Source: Hydrolagus affinis (taxonomy: Eukaryota). Taken from it: a stretch of DNA of 63,477 nucleotides. The position numbers were made by a program, and so were the translations under genes. The stretch's first letter is position 1; each line of letters starts with the position of its first letter. The notes beneath the pieces are model-generated. The model worked only from the letters and a program-made list of their open reading frames with translations, ran no database searches and was not told the origin of the DNA. Positions 61,360 through 63,477 of the stretch are shown one piece after another. The stretch covers positions 1-63,477 of the forward strand of contig JAAILG010001698.1 of the NCBI GenBank assembly GCA_012026655.1. Direction: 5' to 3'.

Positions 61360-61676
61360 AATAATAATAATAATCCTTGCATTTGATACAGTGCTTTTCA
61401 CGACTTCTAGACGTCTCAAAGTGCATCACAGAATATATTGTAAAGTGAATTGACTGGATATATGTGGGTGAAACGTGGCAGCCAATTGCACATGGCAGTG
61501 TCCCACAAACGGTTGTGGATTGAAATAACAAATTTATTACTGTATTTTTTGGAGGGATTATTATAAGGCATGTGGCGTATAAGGAAACTTGCCCAAGGTT
61601 TCACCCGGCCCAGGAATTGAACCCAGGTCTCTCACTTGTAAGGCGAGTGCTCTAACCACTGAGCTACAGGACTCCA
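61360..61676 (-). mobile_element. tRNA-derived SINE (dominant family), full length
   Basis: From the tail to CTGAGCTACAGGACTCC. Confidence 0.9.
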
Positions 61677-62112
61677 CAAGATATAAGATATAAACACTCC
61701 CACTCCACGTAAGAATGCACACAAACCGCATCATTTATTCTGAGACTGTGAATCCTTTCATTTCCTGGTTGGAAAGAGTAATAATCTCTGTGTTCAGAAA
61801 AAGGAATCAAATTCTGTTGCCATCTACGACCTCCCCTTTCCTCTCCTCTCCCAGTGCAGAATATGTGTTTGCTGAGCATGCAGTTAGACTGTATCGATCT
61901 GAGACACCGCCTGGCAGTGTGCCCGTGTACTACCACACAAGTCATTCTCTCCCAAACATCAGGAAGGAAGAGAGCGGGTGGAGGGGAGTAGAGAAATTGA
62001 ACCTTCTGAGAGGATACTGCCAGTTCTCCCACCCCTCCCACACCAAACAGAGAAGAGAAACTTCTATAAGATATTCAAGAAAGGGAAGTGGTATTATTTC
62101 TACACAGTATAC

Positions 62113-62300
62113 TAATAATAATCCTTGAACTTGATATAGCACCTTATCGCGACTTCCAAACGTCGCAAGGCATCTCGCAGGATATACTGTAAAATTAATT
62201 GACTTGTGGCACGATTTGTGGGCAAATCGTGGCTGGTAATCAATTGTGCGCACAGCAGTGTCTCACAAACAGTCATGGATCGAGTGTCCAAATTATTTTT
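62113..62300 (-). mobile_element. SINE 3' half
   Basis: Tail and Deu-like segment match. Confidence 0.75.
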
Positions 62301-63477
62301 TTCATTATTATCATGTCCTCGGTATTGGTGTGTGTGAGGTGTTGGAATAGAATTGACTGAGGGCATTTGATACAGAACTGGACAAAACCTACACAGAAAG
62401 GACATTAGCGGGTACAGGGAGATGCGTTTCAGATCATAATCCAGCACGGTGTTGGGAGGGGAATTTGCATTGCTATAGGTGTTGTCCCTCACTTGAGATT
62501 TTAACCAGTGACCTAATCTACTTGATTAGGTAGCTGTTAACGATCCCATGGTGGTATTGCGAAAAGGAAAGGAAGTTTCTTCTTGTTTCTCCTCGTTTCC
62601 AGATCAATAATCCTCCAGATAGAATTGCTAATAATTTATGGCTGAATGCTACAGGACATTGATGTGTGCAAATTAGCTCCGCGTTTGCCTACAAATACAG
62701 TATTTCTAGTTTGCAACAGTTCATCGTGAAATGCTTTGATGACTTTACAGGCATTATATCAAATACAAGCCTCATTATTTTCTCTCTCTTATGATCTTGA
62801 TTCATTTACAATGAATCGCCGTCCCTGGTGCCAGATCTCACTTTTATGGCTAAAATACAGTTAACACACACAGAGACCGTTGTTAATCACAACGTCCAGT
62901 GAGATAGAACTACAATTGTACTTAACTTTTGATAAGGGGTGGTGGGGTGTGTGTGGGGGGGGGGGGGGAGGGTGGGGGGAAAGCTTTGAACCTTTTGAGA
63001 AGGTTTTATAACAAAATGTTTTGCATAAAATGAACTCTGTGGCCAAATGAGAAAAATAGATTGATAGTGAAAGCGCAGAGGGAGGCAGGCGGAAATCTAT
63101 TGGATGACAAATATAAGGAACGGATTGATGGGCGGCCAAAGTAACAAGCTCCGATTTCACGGTGCCTGGAAATCTGAGGTTTTGCAATATTCACCAAGAC
63201 ATTTGTGTCTGGGAGCTGTCGCCTCCTGGGTGATTAGAATAAGTGGATATTCAGACCCTGGGCGAGTACACTGATGCTGTTGCCAACCATCACTCAGAGA
63301 GTAACTTCCATTTCCAAGTAATTGCTGCGAAAAACACCAAATCCACATTATCCGATTTCCAGATTGAGTGAGGGGGAAGCATAGGCTTGATAGCCGTAAA
63401 AGCTGAAAGGGGTGGGGGAGGGGTCGGGAGGGGGAAGCGAGAGAGATAGGGAAGGAAGAGAGAGAGAGAGAGAGAGA

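Overview
Vertebrate genomic DNA with three assembly gaps (46275-46374, 46860-46991, 52235-52334). It is most likely a cartilaginous fish, possibly a holocephalan such as Callorhinchus; this is inferred only from the repeat families (tRNA/Deu SINEs, shark-type CR1 tails, L2 with (TTG)n tails). Most ORFs in the supplied track are spurious because the real genes are spliced. Three genes are supported by exons I read by hand with consistent GT-AG phases. (1) The 3' half of ZNRF1 (+): RING-H2 exons 10696-10801 and 21347-21404, plus a probable long 3'UTR exon starting at 26217. (2) LDHD (-): exons 2-11 between 43028 and 33672, 466 aa, convergent with ZNRF1; exon 1 is not securely located. (3) A divergent FAM198/GASK1-family secretory-pathway kinase-like gene (+): 49364-50293, 54345-54418, 55930-56128, about 400 aa, which appears to lack the family's catalytic motifs. 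This is the most novel-looking item, a possible third pseudokinase-type paralog. The rest is dense in TEs: a chimeric tRNA/CORE-like/Deu SINE, older full Deu-SINEs, L2 and CR1 fragments, two fold-back Tigger-like MITEs that retain a KRKRVVLT transposase N-terminus, and two small TIR elements with 8-9 bp TSDs. Repeat boundaries are approximate. Comparisons with human proteins and repeat consensuses are from memory, not from a search.
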